Part shown: positions 30,840-39,262 of the stretch, piece after piece
How positions within the stretch are numbered: position 1 is the stretch's first letter
How the letters are laid out: each line of letters starts with the position of its first letter
Source: Promethearchaeota archaeon
Lineage (GTDB): Archaea; Asgardarchaeota; Lokiarchaeia; Sigyniarchaeales; SOKP01
Length of the DNA: 64,000 nucleotides
Direction: 5' to 3'
Assembly (NCBI GenBank): GCA_018238625.1
Contig: JABCSY010000004.1
Coordinates: 1 to 64,000, forward strand
Translations under genes and position numbers: made by a program
The notes under the pieces: generated by a model
Database searches by the model: none
What the model saw: the letters and a program-made list of their open reading frames with translations, nothing else
What the model was told of the DNA's origin: nothing

Positions 30840-31601
30840 TTATAAATACTTTTTCAACCACTTTACCGTAGGATTTATAAATTCTATCAGAAATTTTGCA
30901 TCAAAATCATGGGTTGCGTTTTGTATTTCTACAAGTTTATGATTCTCATCTTTCGGTAACATTTGGAATGCTTTTCTTGTAAGTTCTAGGGGAACTGCTT
31001 CGTCCGAGGTGCCTTGTACTATAAGAGTAGGAGGAACTAGTTTCTTTAAAGAAGGTTTTATCCGAAATTGTGCAAAATTTGTCATAAAACTAAGATCAAT
31101 AACGATAGGCTCACCATCTCCCGATGATGGAATTTTTACAGGTCCTTTGTTTAAATCCTTAAACCAATCAGTTTGATCTTCTGATGAATGGACAAAGAAG
31201 TACGGTGCCCAAAATATATAAGTAATAATACCGGATAAATTTGCTTTTAAAACAGTAGGACCACCATATGAAAGACCCAATACAGCAATTCTTGAATATC
31301 CTTGATTCTGTACCCAACTATAAACATTTTCGAGATCAGTAGCTTGTTTAGATAATGTAATTGGTTCTCTTTTATTTTCACCAGAGCCCGAGAAATCAAA
31401 TATAAGTACATCGTAACCCTCTTTATTTAACGCTTTAGCGGTCTCAGGAAAGCGTCCCAACTCATATTTATCACCTGTAAATCCATGACACATTATAAGA
31501 ATGGGGGGTTTTGCAGAGTTATTTTCTTCTGATGTTATGAATAATACTCCGTGAAGCTCATTCCCATTCGTACTGGGGATTAGTACTTTTCTCTCTTCCA
31601 T
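30840..31601 (-). CDS. Alpha/beta hydrolase (OsmC-associated/peptidase S9-like)
   Basis: 'CHGFTG', 'FDFSGSGEN', 'GLSYGG' nucleophile elbow, 'GTSDEAVP', 'ATHDF'. Confidence 0.88.
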   Translation of the reverse strand: MEERKVLIPSTNGNELHGVLFITSEENNSAKPPILIMCHGFTGDKYELGRFPETAKALNKEGYDVLIFDFSGSGENKREPITLSKQATDLENVYSWVQNQGYSRIAVLGLSYGGPTVLKANLSGIITYIFWAPYFFVHSSEDQTDWFKDLNKGPVKIPSSGDGEPIVIDLSFMTNFAQFRIKPSLKKLVPPTLIVQGTSDEAVPLELTRKAFQMLPKDENHKLVEIQNATHDFDAKFLIEFINPTVKWLKKYL

Positions 31602-31752
31602 AGAAATTACCTAATACATGAAAAATGTATAACAAACGTAATGATTTTAAAGTAGAATCATTTTTAAAATTAATTTTTAAATGAATATTTCTAAGCAAAA
31701 AATCTTAAATAAAACTGATCCCTTGTTAAAATAATTATTAAATAAGATTAAT

Positions 31753-32598
31753 GTGGAAATTATGACTGAAGAATATGCTGATTTAAATGGAGTTAAAATT
31801 TGTTATGAAATTTACGGAGAGGGATATCCGTTATTTTTTATTCATGGATTTGGAGCGAAAAAGGAATCTTGGATAGCTCAAGTACCTGAGTTATCTAAAC
31901 ATTTTAAAGTCATCCGACTTGACAATCGCGGGGCGGGAAAATCAGATAGACCCGAAACAGAATACACCATGGAAATATTTGCTGATGATATTAAAAACCT
32001 TATGGACCATCTTGGAATTGAAAAAGCAAATGTGTGCGGGTGGTCACTTGGAGGGATGATAGTTCAGAATTTTGTTTTAAAATACCCTAATAGAGTAAAC
32101 AAAGTAATTTTAATTAATACTAATTTCGGTTTCCCTGATGCCTCAGGACCAGAAGTCTATAAAAATATGCGTCTTAGCGAGTTAGAGGCGAAAAAGGTGG
32201 ATCCCGCCAAAGCATGGTGGTCTGGAACCCGTTCAAGTTTCTATATAAAATTTAGGAAACAGATGGAAGCGAACCCTTCAAAAAAGTGGTATGGCGTATG
32301 GTCCGCAGAAGATTTAATAAAGGAGAGTGCAATTAACCCACCTACAGCTAAAGACATTAATATGCAAGCTGGAGCATTAAAAACCCACAACACATTCGAT
32401 AGATTGGATACCATAAAAAATCCAACGCTATTACTTACTGCTTCTCACGATAAGTTAACTCCAAAAGCATCAATGGAACAGATTCATAAAAAAATACCTA
32501 ATAGTACTCTTGTAATTATTGACAAAGCTGGTCATAGCAGCCCTCTTGAAAAAACTCCAGAAGTTAACCAAAATATTATTGAATTTTTAAAATCATAA
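31753..32598 (+). CDS. Alpha/beta hydrolase (enol-lactonase-like)
   Basis: 'IHGFG', 'DNRGAGKSD', 'GWSLGG', 'AGHSS'. Confidence 0.9.
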   Translation: MEIMTEEYADLNGVKICYEIYGEGYPLFFIHGFGAKKESWIAQVPELSKHFKVIRLDNRGAGKSDRPETEYTMEIFADDIKNLMDHLGIEKANVCGWSLGGMIVQNFVLKYPNRVNKVILINTNFGFPDASGPEVYKNMRLSELEAKKVDPAKAWWSGTRSSFYIKFRKQMEANPSKKWYGVWSAEDLIKESAINPPTAKDINMQAGALKTHNTFDRLDTIKNPTLLLTASHDKLTPKASMEQIHKKIPNSTLVIIDKAGHSSPLEKTPEVNQNIIEFLKS

Positions 32599-32676
32599 TT
32601 TTTCCTTTTTTTAGATTTATTTTTTTCCAATTTTTTAAGAAAATTAGATTAAAACATCTCGAACGCATTAAAGCTA

Positions 32677-33894
32677 TTAAATAGAAGATAATTTTTCATT
32701 TATTTCGTTTTTATGTGTGAAAATTTTCTGGAAAGATATAATAAATGCTGGAAACGCAATAATTGCGACGACGATTCCTAACCAATAAGGTGGGAGCGTA
32801 TCAAGTATGAAAGGTCCTAATAACGGGCCAATTATTTGAGCAAGACTGTCTAAAGCAGAAGAAATACCATTTATTTTACCTTGTTCCTGAGGAGATGCTG
32901 TTTGGGTAATTTTACTAAGCATGGGACCCCGGGTTAAGGAGGCTGCAAAACTAATAAACATCATAAGAATAAAAAGAACAAAAATATTTGTTGAAAAACC
33001 CAATAAGAAAAAGCAGACTAGAAATGTAGCTAAACCCAAACGTATAGCATTATCTTCCCCAAGTTTCCTAATAGTTGGTTTAAAAAGAGTAAATCTTATT
33101 CCTGTCCGAAATATTCCAGACGTCATAAATAAGATTGAAATGTCGATTGGCGTAAGATCTAGAACGCTAACACTGAAAAAAGAAAGGGAAGACATTACAA
33201 TGGTAAAGGAGATTGTATGAAAGGCCCAGAGAGTTAGAATAGAGAGAGCACTTTTATTATCTCTTATTTTAGGCAAAACTTCAAATTTGTTTTCATGAGG
33301 TTGAATCCTTTTTTCCTTCGGCCATGTCTCTTCCAACATAGCTAGCGTAACAATAATTGTAATTACTGTTAGACCAGCTGCAAATAATCCAGGTCCTAAA
33401 AGACCAAACCACGTAAAAAGAACACCCCCAATTGCTGGTCCTATTAGAGATGCTAACACATGGGCGATCCCAACGTTAGCCATTTGAATACCTCTATCTT
33501 TTGGTGGAACTTTATCGCTTATGATAGCTTTAGCAATTGGAAAATTTCCTCCAAATATTCCATCAATCATGCGTGCTAAAAATAACATCCATAATGTGTT
33601 TGAAAAAGCGGTTAATATAAACGCTAAACATGTGCCGAATTGAGAAATCAAAAGTAATGGTTTTCTCCCATATTTATCGCTAAGTTTTGCTAAAATTGGT
33701 CCAAAAATAAAACTGAACATTGCATTAACAGAAAATATTAATCCGATCATTGTCATAGAAGTATTAAAGAGTTCACTAAAGAATCCTACCATAGGAAAGA
33801 AAAGCGTGAACCCCAACACATCAATGAAAATAGCAATCCATAAAGGCGTTAATATTCGATATTTGAATAGTTTTCTATTGTTATTTTCGGTCAT
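32677..33894 (-). CDS. MFS transporter, TetA-like drug:H+ antiporter
   Basis: 'LSDKYGRKPLL' motif A and about 12 TM segments. Confidence 0.88.
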   Translation of the reverse strand: MTENNNRKLFKYRILTPLWIAIFIDVLGFTLFFPMVGFFSELFNTSMTMIGLIFSVNAMFSFIFGPILAKLSDKYGRKPLLLISQFGTCLAFILTAFSNTLWMLFLARMIDGIFGGNFPIAKAIISDKVPPKDRGIQMANVGIAHVLASLIGPAIGGVLFTWFGLLGPGLFAAGLTVITIIVTLAMLEETWPKEKRIQPHENKFEVLPKIRDNKSALSILTLWAFHTISFTIVMSSLSFFSVSVLDLTPIDISILFMTSGIFRTGIRFTLFKPTIRKLGEDNAIRLGLATFLVCFFLLGFSTNIFVLFILMMFISFAASLTRGPMLSKITQTASPQEQGKINGISSALDSLAQIIGPLLGPFILDTLPPYWLGIVVAIIAFPAFIISFQKIFTHKNEINEKLSSI

Positions 33895-34208
33895 ATTTTA
33901 ATATTCCTAAATTATTTTAAGAAGAATAAGACAAGAATGCTCTTAATATTCCCTAAACTTATCAAATAAAATAGACGATGACTATTAAATTATATTAAAA
34001 AAGATTTTGAATTTTTATATTAGATGAGATTTTAGCCTAAGTAATTTTACTTTTAAGCCTCTCTATTTCAATAATTTTATATGTTAATACCAGATGATTA
34101 ATCTAGCAAAAAAAAGTTAAAGTTTGTTTATCGTCTTTCAAAAAGAGGTTAATTTTAAAATTCATTAGAGTTATTTTGTTTTTAAGAAAAAAAAAAGAAT
34201 CGTAATTA

Positions 34209-35318
34209 ATGATGTCTGAAACCTATGAAAACTTTATGATTTATGGATTAGAAAGTACTGGCGAAAAAGTTAGGTTAGATATTACCGAAGAAGATTTTCG
34301 CGCTAATAATGGAACGAACGTATTAAATCCTTACCAAGTACTAGTTATCGTAAAAGAAGGGTTAAGGAGAATCTATATTTGGAAGGGGGTTGAGTCCCCC
34401 GTTAGAAAAAAATTTATTGCGTCGCAAGTCGCCGCACAATTACAAAACGATTTAGTCGTTAATGGTCATTTTCATAGATGTAAGATAATTTCGGTTGACC
34501 AAGGAGACGAACCACGCGATTTCTTGAGAGCGTTTGATTTTGAATCGATAGAAATTCAAGAGATCTCGGAAGCTTACAAAAGCGAGTTTAGACAGATTCA
34601 ACCTATATCTATGGGTAAAGAAAAGAAGGTTTATCAATGGGGGGGACCTCCTCCTGCTTTAAAAGCTAATAGTACGATTAGTAAAAAAGTAAAAGAATCC
34701 GATAGAGAAATTACGCTAAAAAGTAAAGACCCTATTAAACCCCCCGAATTAGATACTAGGAAAATTATCGAAAAGATTGTAAAAAATGAGGTTCCAACCA
34801 ATTTCAAGCGTCAAAATTTGATTTTAGGTAACTTCGAAATTTACGGAGCAGTTATCAAGAAAGCTAAAATTTTCGGAAAAGAAGTGGAAGAGGTCGATTG
34901 GGAGCCAGTTAACTCCTTACCTCACGATATAGTCGAGTTAGATAATCGAACTTTAAGAATTTATTTCGATGGAGAAAATGGGACGATTGAAGGGCTAGAA
35001 ATACTCCAAAAAACGAGCGCCCCTCAAATTGAAGAAAAAAAGGATAACAAATTAGACTATAATAAATGGACGGTAAAAGAATTGAAGCAATATTGCCAAG
35101 AAAGCGACATAAAAATACCTTCGTCGTATAAAAAAGCAGATATTATAAAGCTTATTCAATACGGACCCACTCTAGATGCTATTGACCAGAAGATTGACTA
35201 TAACAAGTGGACGGTAAAGCTATTAAAGGAGTTTTGTCAAAAAAATGATATTAAGGTGCTAACTTCTTATAGAAAAGCAGACTTAGTACGAATTGTGAAA
35301 GAATATAATGAAAAATAA
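34209..35318 (+). CDS. Gelsolin-like domain protein with two C-terminal HeH/SAP/Rho_N-like repeats
   Basis: 'VLVIV...IYIWKG.ES.VRKKFIAS..A..L...IISVDQGDEP.DF' gelsolin fold; twice 'DYNKWTVK.LK..C...DIK...SY.KAD'. Confidence 0.75.
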   Translation: MMSETYENFMIYGLESTGEKVRLDITEEDFRANNGTNVLNPYQVLVIVKEGLRRIYIWKGVESPVRKKFIASQVAAQLQNDLVVNGHFHRCKIISVDQGDEPRDFLRAFDFESIEIQEISEAYKSEFRQIQPISMGKEKKVYQWGGPPPALKANSTISKKVKESDREITLKSKDPIKPPELDTRKIIEKIVKNEVPTNFKRQNLILGNFEIYGAVIKKAKIFGKEVEEVDWEPVNSLPHDIVELDNRTLRIYFDGENGTIEGLEILQKTSAPQIEEKKDNKLDYNKWTVKELKQYCQESDIKIPSSYKKADIIKLIQYGPTLDAIDQKIDYNKWTVKLLKEFCQKNDIKVLTSYRKADLVRIVKEYNEK

Positions 35319-35348
35319 TAGATAAAAAAAATACTATATTAAATTTAC

Positions 35349-38318
35349 TCAATCCTGAGAAGCGTAGAAATCGTCGAAGCTTTCTTGTAACTGAATCATG
35401 TATAGCTTTCTCTTTCCAGGTATAACTTTTTCTGTAAGCGTTTTTGCTTTCTCGTAGCAGGTGGCTGCTTCTACGCGCATTCCTAAGTGTTTATAGGACT
35501 GGGCTAATTTTAGAAAAGTGTGAAATGCGAACCAACTTCTTGGGTTGGCTTCTAAAGCTTGGGTAAATTTCTCGATAGCACCTTTGTAATTTTTTGAGTT
35601 CATTAATACCTCCCCGTATGTATCGTACAGGTTTGCATCGAGAGGTTCGATTTCGATAGCTTTTTCAATTGTCTCAATTGCTTCATCGTATCTTCCAATA
35701 TTACTCAATGAAATGGCTCTATTGTTTAATAACCCTGGCGAGTTTGGATAAAGATCTAAGGCATCGTCAAGAGTCTTGATCACTTCCAAATAATTACCCA
35801 TCGTGTAATGCGTAAAGCTTTTCAGTTGATACAACGATTTACGTTCCTGTGGAAATTTTTTCATCATCTCATCGATAAGAGCCATTACATCACCTCTCAT
35901 ACTATCGTTCGTAATGTACAAGTGAATTTTTGTATTATAGATATCGAAGTGGTCAGGGGTTAATTCAATTGCTTTTTCAATTTCAACTAAAGCCTCTTCA
36001 GTCCCATTTGTCTCATTTAAAATATAACTATACAGTTGATAATACCTAGCCAAATGTTTTTTATTCAGCCCCATTGATATCGCCTTCTCAAATTCCTCAA
36101 CAAAGAGCTCTTTGTTTGCTTTACTCACATCAAAATTGTATACAATGTTGAATCCGTGAACCAATCCGGTAATAATATGAGAAAGTGGGTGATTTATGTA
36201 ATGAAACCTTGCTTTATTGACTATGTCTAAGGCTTTCTCGAACTTTCCTCGTGTTAAATACGAGAAGGATAGTATCAAATACGCTGCTGTATCGATGCGG
36301 GGGTTATGATCGAGTAAATTGATTTTAACTACTTGTTTAATCCAATTTTTCCCCTCTTTATAATTAGTTGTGAATATGTATAATAGAGCTTTCATTACTG
36401 AGAGTTCTAGATCCCTAGGACTTATTTCAATTAATGAATTAATAAGTTCCAAAGGCCCGTCAATTGATTTTACACAGCACTCTTTATCTGTTAGGAGGCA
36501 CAGAAATTTAGTTCGTTGGAGCAAAATATTATCAGGGTATTCAGCTAAAGCTTCTTCTACAACGATTAAAGCTTTATCGTGGTCAAGATTTATTAGTATT
36601 TGGGCTTTTTGAGCAAAAAGCGATGCATCGTAAGCTCTGCTTAACCCAGATTCGATGACTTCTAACGCTCTATTGAATTTACCCATAAAGAAATAGGTTA
36701 TTGATTGAAACAAATAACCAATATATTCATCAGGGTGTTTATTTATGATTTCTTCAGTTAGCTCGAGCGAATCCTCCAATTCTCCATTGCTAGTGTAAAA
36801 TAAATCTTTCAGAATCATTAGTTCAATATCGTTCAAATTTTTTAAATTATCTGTAAGTAATTCGTTCACTTTCGATAGTCTTCCTTTCGCCAACTTACTC
36901 TCTATATTCGCCAAAAACTCAGCGTTCTTAGGGAAGTATTCCTTTTTGAATTGAGATGTTCGAATAAAATTAATTTTGCTCAAATAGAAAATGTCCAAGC
37001 TATCAAAAATTCTGTTGTGTAAGAAGTAATACGCTTCGCTATCGGCTGGTTTGTTTATCGAACTCGCCGTATCAGATGTATCAAAACTTTGAATTACCTC
37101 GAAAACGTTTTGAAAGGCGATCCCTTTTATTTTATCTGTATGGTCGATCAAACTCTTCTCGCTCTCAAATTTATACGCCAAATGCTCGATATACCCCGGA
37201 ATGAATTTTTTTAAAGCCGGTTTCAAATCGTCGTGGAATAAAATACTACACATATCGCCCGTTATATCTTCAAGTAACTCGTTGATATCAGGTATGTGTG
37301 GAGATTGAACGCCACTCGCTTTCTGGAACTTACTCAAATAGGTAAATCTCCTAATGAAATCTTCGATAATTATATTAAGCATTTTTTCTAACCGTTCTTC
37401 AGCCTGAATGTAGTAAGTGTATTTACCGCTTACATTTAGTTTAAAGAAGCATATCGGATAGATGTTATCTTCAACGATCTTCTCAATGAAGAAGTTCAAT
37501 GTTGTTAGCTTTATATCGTATTCTAAAGCAAAATCTTTAGCCGTGATGTAGTTAGGGTATTGATCCGGGTGATTAATAGCGAGATAAAGCAGAATTTTAT
37601 CAAAATCCACCTCGTTGGACAAAGTACTTTCAACCTTAGTATAATCCAACCTGAGCACCATGTTCAAAAATCTGTATTTTATCCCGTTATCATCGATATT
37701 GTATTCTTTAAAAAACTCCGCTACTTTATCTGTTATTACATCAACTCTCTTGCTCTCTTCGTCTAATATCGATTGGCGATCTAAATCGTATTTCTTTAAC
37801 ATATTAAAGTATTCTAGCTCACCTGAATTAGTAATCAGATACTCTCGATTATTTTTCTCAACATAACCATTATCAAGTAATAAATTCAAGTTTTTTGACA
37901 ATGAGGATTGATTGATTTTAAGCGGTTCCTCAAGAAAATCTGACCATTTACAATGGTGGTTATTGTACAACATCCACAGAATCCAATCATCGTAATTTCT
38001 CTTATTTGTTATAGTCTCAGGTGGATAATTCAATGATTTTTCAAGCATATCTTTAACTTGAAGATTGGCATATTGTTTTCGACCTTCAGCTGTAATCTTA
38101 TACTTACCCTTCCTCTCCTTCTCAATAAAACCATTATTAATTAAGATTGTAAGATATTTAGACAAAGTTGCTTGACTTATGTTTACAGGATCTGATTTAA
38201 AATCAGACCATGAACAATGGTCGTTATTGGAGAGCATCCAGAGTATAATATGCTCAAAATTTTTGTTGATTTTCATAGGTGTAATTATACCTTCTGGTGG
38301 AAATTTTGGTATACTCAT
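35349..38318 (-). CDS. Large transcription regulator: two winged-HTH domains plus C-terminal TPR array
   Basis: Two copies of 'ILWML.NN..C.WSDF...P..I.Q..LSK.L..L...G..EK....Y.IT..G'; canonical TPRs such as 'LLNNRAISLSNIGRYDEAIETIEKAIEIEP' and 'YDTYGEVLMNSKNYKGAIEKFTQALEANP'. Confidence 0.85.
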   Translation of the reverse strand: MSIPKFPPEGIITPMKINKNFEHIILWMLSNNDHCSWSDFKSDPVNISQATLSKYLTILINNGFIEKERKGKYKITAEGRKQYANLQVKDMLEKSLNYPPETITNKRNYDDWILWMLYNNHHCKWSDFLEEPLKINQSSLSKNLNLLLDNGYVEKNNREYLITNSGELEYFNMLKKYDLDRQSILDEESKRVDVITDKVAEFFKEYNIDDNGIKYRFLNMVLRLDYTKVESTLSNEVDFDKILLYLAINHPDQYPNYITAKDFALEYDIKLTTLNFFIEKIVEDNIYPICFFKLNVSGKYTYYIQAEERLEKMLNIIIEDFIRRFTYLSKFQKASGVQSPHIPDINELLEDITGDMCSILFHDDLKPALKKFIPGYIEHLAYKFESEKSLIDHTDKIKGIAFQNVFEVIQSFDTSDTASSINKPADSEAYYFLHNRIFDSLDIFYLSKINFIRTSQFKKEYFPKNAEFLANIESKLAKGRLSKVNELLTDNLKNLNDIELMILKDLFYTSNGELEDSLELTEEIINKHPDEYIGYLFQSITYFFMGKFNRALEVIESGLSRAYDASLFAQKAQILINLDHDKALIVVEEALAEYPDNILLQRTKFLCLLTDKECCVKSIDGPLELINSLIEISPRDLELSVMKALLYIFTTNYKEGKNWIKQVVKINLLDHNPRIDTAAYLILSFSYLTRGKFEKALDIVNKARFHYINHPLSHIITGLVHGFNIVYNFDVSKANKELFVEEFEKAISMGLNKKHLARYYQLYSYILNETNGTEEALVEIEKAIELTPDHFDIYNTKIHLYITNDSMRGDVMALIDEMMKKFPQERKSLYQLKSFTHYTMGNYLEVIKTLDDALDLYPNSPGLLNNRAISLSNIGRYDEAIETIEKAIEIEPLDANLYDTYGEVLMNSKNYKGAIEKFTQALEANPRSWFAFHTFLKLAQSYKHLGMRVEAATCYEKAKTLTEKVIPGKRKLYMIQLQESFDDFYASQD

Positions 38319-38340
38319 GATTTAATAATGGTATTGCGTC

Positions 38341-38420
38341 TATATAAGGTTTTTTGTTCGCATCGAACTTCGAAGTTCGTTCGAACTTCTCAAAGTCAAA
38401 CTATATTAAACCTTTCGAAC
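38341..38420. promoter_or_regulatory. Divergent promoter with a palindromic TTCGAA/GAACTTC operator cluster
   Basis: Minus-strand TTATATA at 38341-38347, perfect palindrome CGAACTTCGAAGTTCG at 38364-38379, overlapping inverted repeat GAAGTTCG-tt-CGAACTTC at 38372-38389, plus-strand TATATTAAA at 38402-38410 and a further TTCGAACTT at about 38414. Confidence 0.7.
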
Positions 38421-38469
38421 TTAATCAAATTAACAACAAAAAAAAATAAAAAAAAAGAGGTAAAATAAA

Positions 38470-38544
38470 ATGAAAAAGGATGAAAATAGAAAACTCATAA
38501 AAATGGTAGAATTTAACCCAGCAAATTTAATTTGTAGATATTAA
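38470..38544 (+). CDS. Small peptide 1 (24 aa) MKKDENRKLIKMVEFNPANLICRY
   Basis: GAGGTAA RBS at 38457, ATG 13 nt later, T-tract after the stop; first of three like units. Confidence 0.7.
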   Translation: MKKDENRKLIKMVEFNPANLICRY

Positions 38545-38616
38545 TTAAATAATATTTTTTTTATATAATTTTTAAACCAAAAAAAATTAAAAAAAACAAA
38601 AACGAGGTAAGATAAA

Positions 38617-38688
38617 ATGGAAAAGTACGATGAAAGATTGATAATAATAAGAAACGCGGGATACATTCCTGAGCGTTTAGAGTTTTAA
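38617..38688 (+). CDS. Small peptide 2 (23 aa) MEKYDERLIIIRNAGYIPERLEF
   Basis: GAGGTAA RBS at 38604, ATG 13 nt later, T-tract after the stop. Confidence 0.7.
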   Translation: MEKYDERLIIIRNAGYIPERLEF

Positions 38689-38792
38689 CCTAAATTAATT
38701 TTTTTTAATTCAACATTCAAAATTTAACCAAAACAAAAAACAAATCAAAAAAATTAAAAAACAACCAAAAAATAAAAACGAGGTAAAATGAT

Positions 38793-38867
38793 ATGAAAAG
38801 AAAAGAAAAGGATACCCAAACAATCCTAAACCCGACGGGATATAATACTGCAACATTAAGATTTTAA
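38793..38867 (+). CDS. Small peptide 3 (24 aa) MKRKEKDTQTILNPTGYNTATLRF
   Basis: GAGGTAA RBS at 38780, ATG 13 nt later, T-tract after the stop. Confidence 0.7.
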   Translation: MKRKEKDTQTILNPTGYNTATLRF

Positions 38868-38900
38868 ATTAAATTTTTTTTGTCTTTTTATTTTTACTCC

Positions 38901-39098
38901 TTATTTATTAATACTGCTTTCTATTTCGCTTATTCTTTTTTTACCCATTCTAGTTATCGTGTAATTTCTCTTACTAACTTTGTGAATATAACACTTCTCA
39001 ATGAATAAGCGAAGGTATTTTGATAAAGTTGCTTGACTTATATTTACAAGATCCGATTTAAAATCAGACCATGAACAATATTCGTTAGTATAGAGCAT
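38901..39098 (-). CDS. Stand-alone winged-HTH, duplicate of the regulator N-terminal domain (true start uncertain, possibly pseudogene)
   Basis: 'CSWSDFKSD.VNISQATLSKYL' is shared with 35349..38318. The frame stays open upstream to about 39197 ('IIYPSKEILNKFLDNSQKFEYCILW') without an ATG. Confidence 0.65.
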   Translation of the reverse strand: MLYTNEYCSWSDFKSDLVNISQATLSKYLRLFIEKCYIHKVSKRNYTITRMGKKRISEIESSINK

Positions 39099-39262
39099 CC
39101 AGAGAATGCAGTATTCAAATTTTTGGGAATTATCTAGAAATTTGTTTAAGATTTCTTTAGATGGATAAATTATTTTTCTAATTAATCTAAATTGTCTTTA
39201 TTTTGTTTTATTGAGAAATCCTTGTTCATGTACTAAAAAAAAGATTAAAATTAATTAGAATT

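Noticed and set aside
38357-38389. Eukaryotic heat-shock element (nGAAn repeats)
   Set aside because: The GAA/TTC units are spaced by 0-1 nt, not the 2 nt required for an HSE.
38217-38468. 83-aa plus-strand ORF in the track
   Set aside because: It runs antisense to the regulator and through the operator and poly-A leader; it is a shadow ORF.
38793-38867. Peptide C-termini as RF-amide neuropeptide or proteasome HbYX motifs
   Set aside because: There is no C-terminal Gly for amidation, and the aromatic residue is last rather than penultimate. The resemblance is superficial.
38430-38890. CRISPR-like or simple low-complexity repeat array
   Set aside because: The repeated part is an A-rich leader plus RBS with unequal periods (147 and 176 nt). 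The 'spacers' are clean ATG-to-TAA ORFs and there are no cas genes, so it is better explained as small genes.
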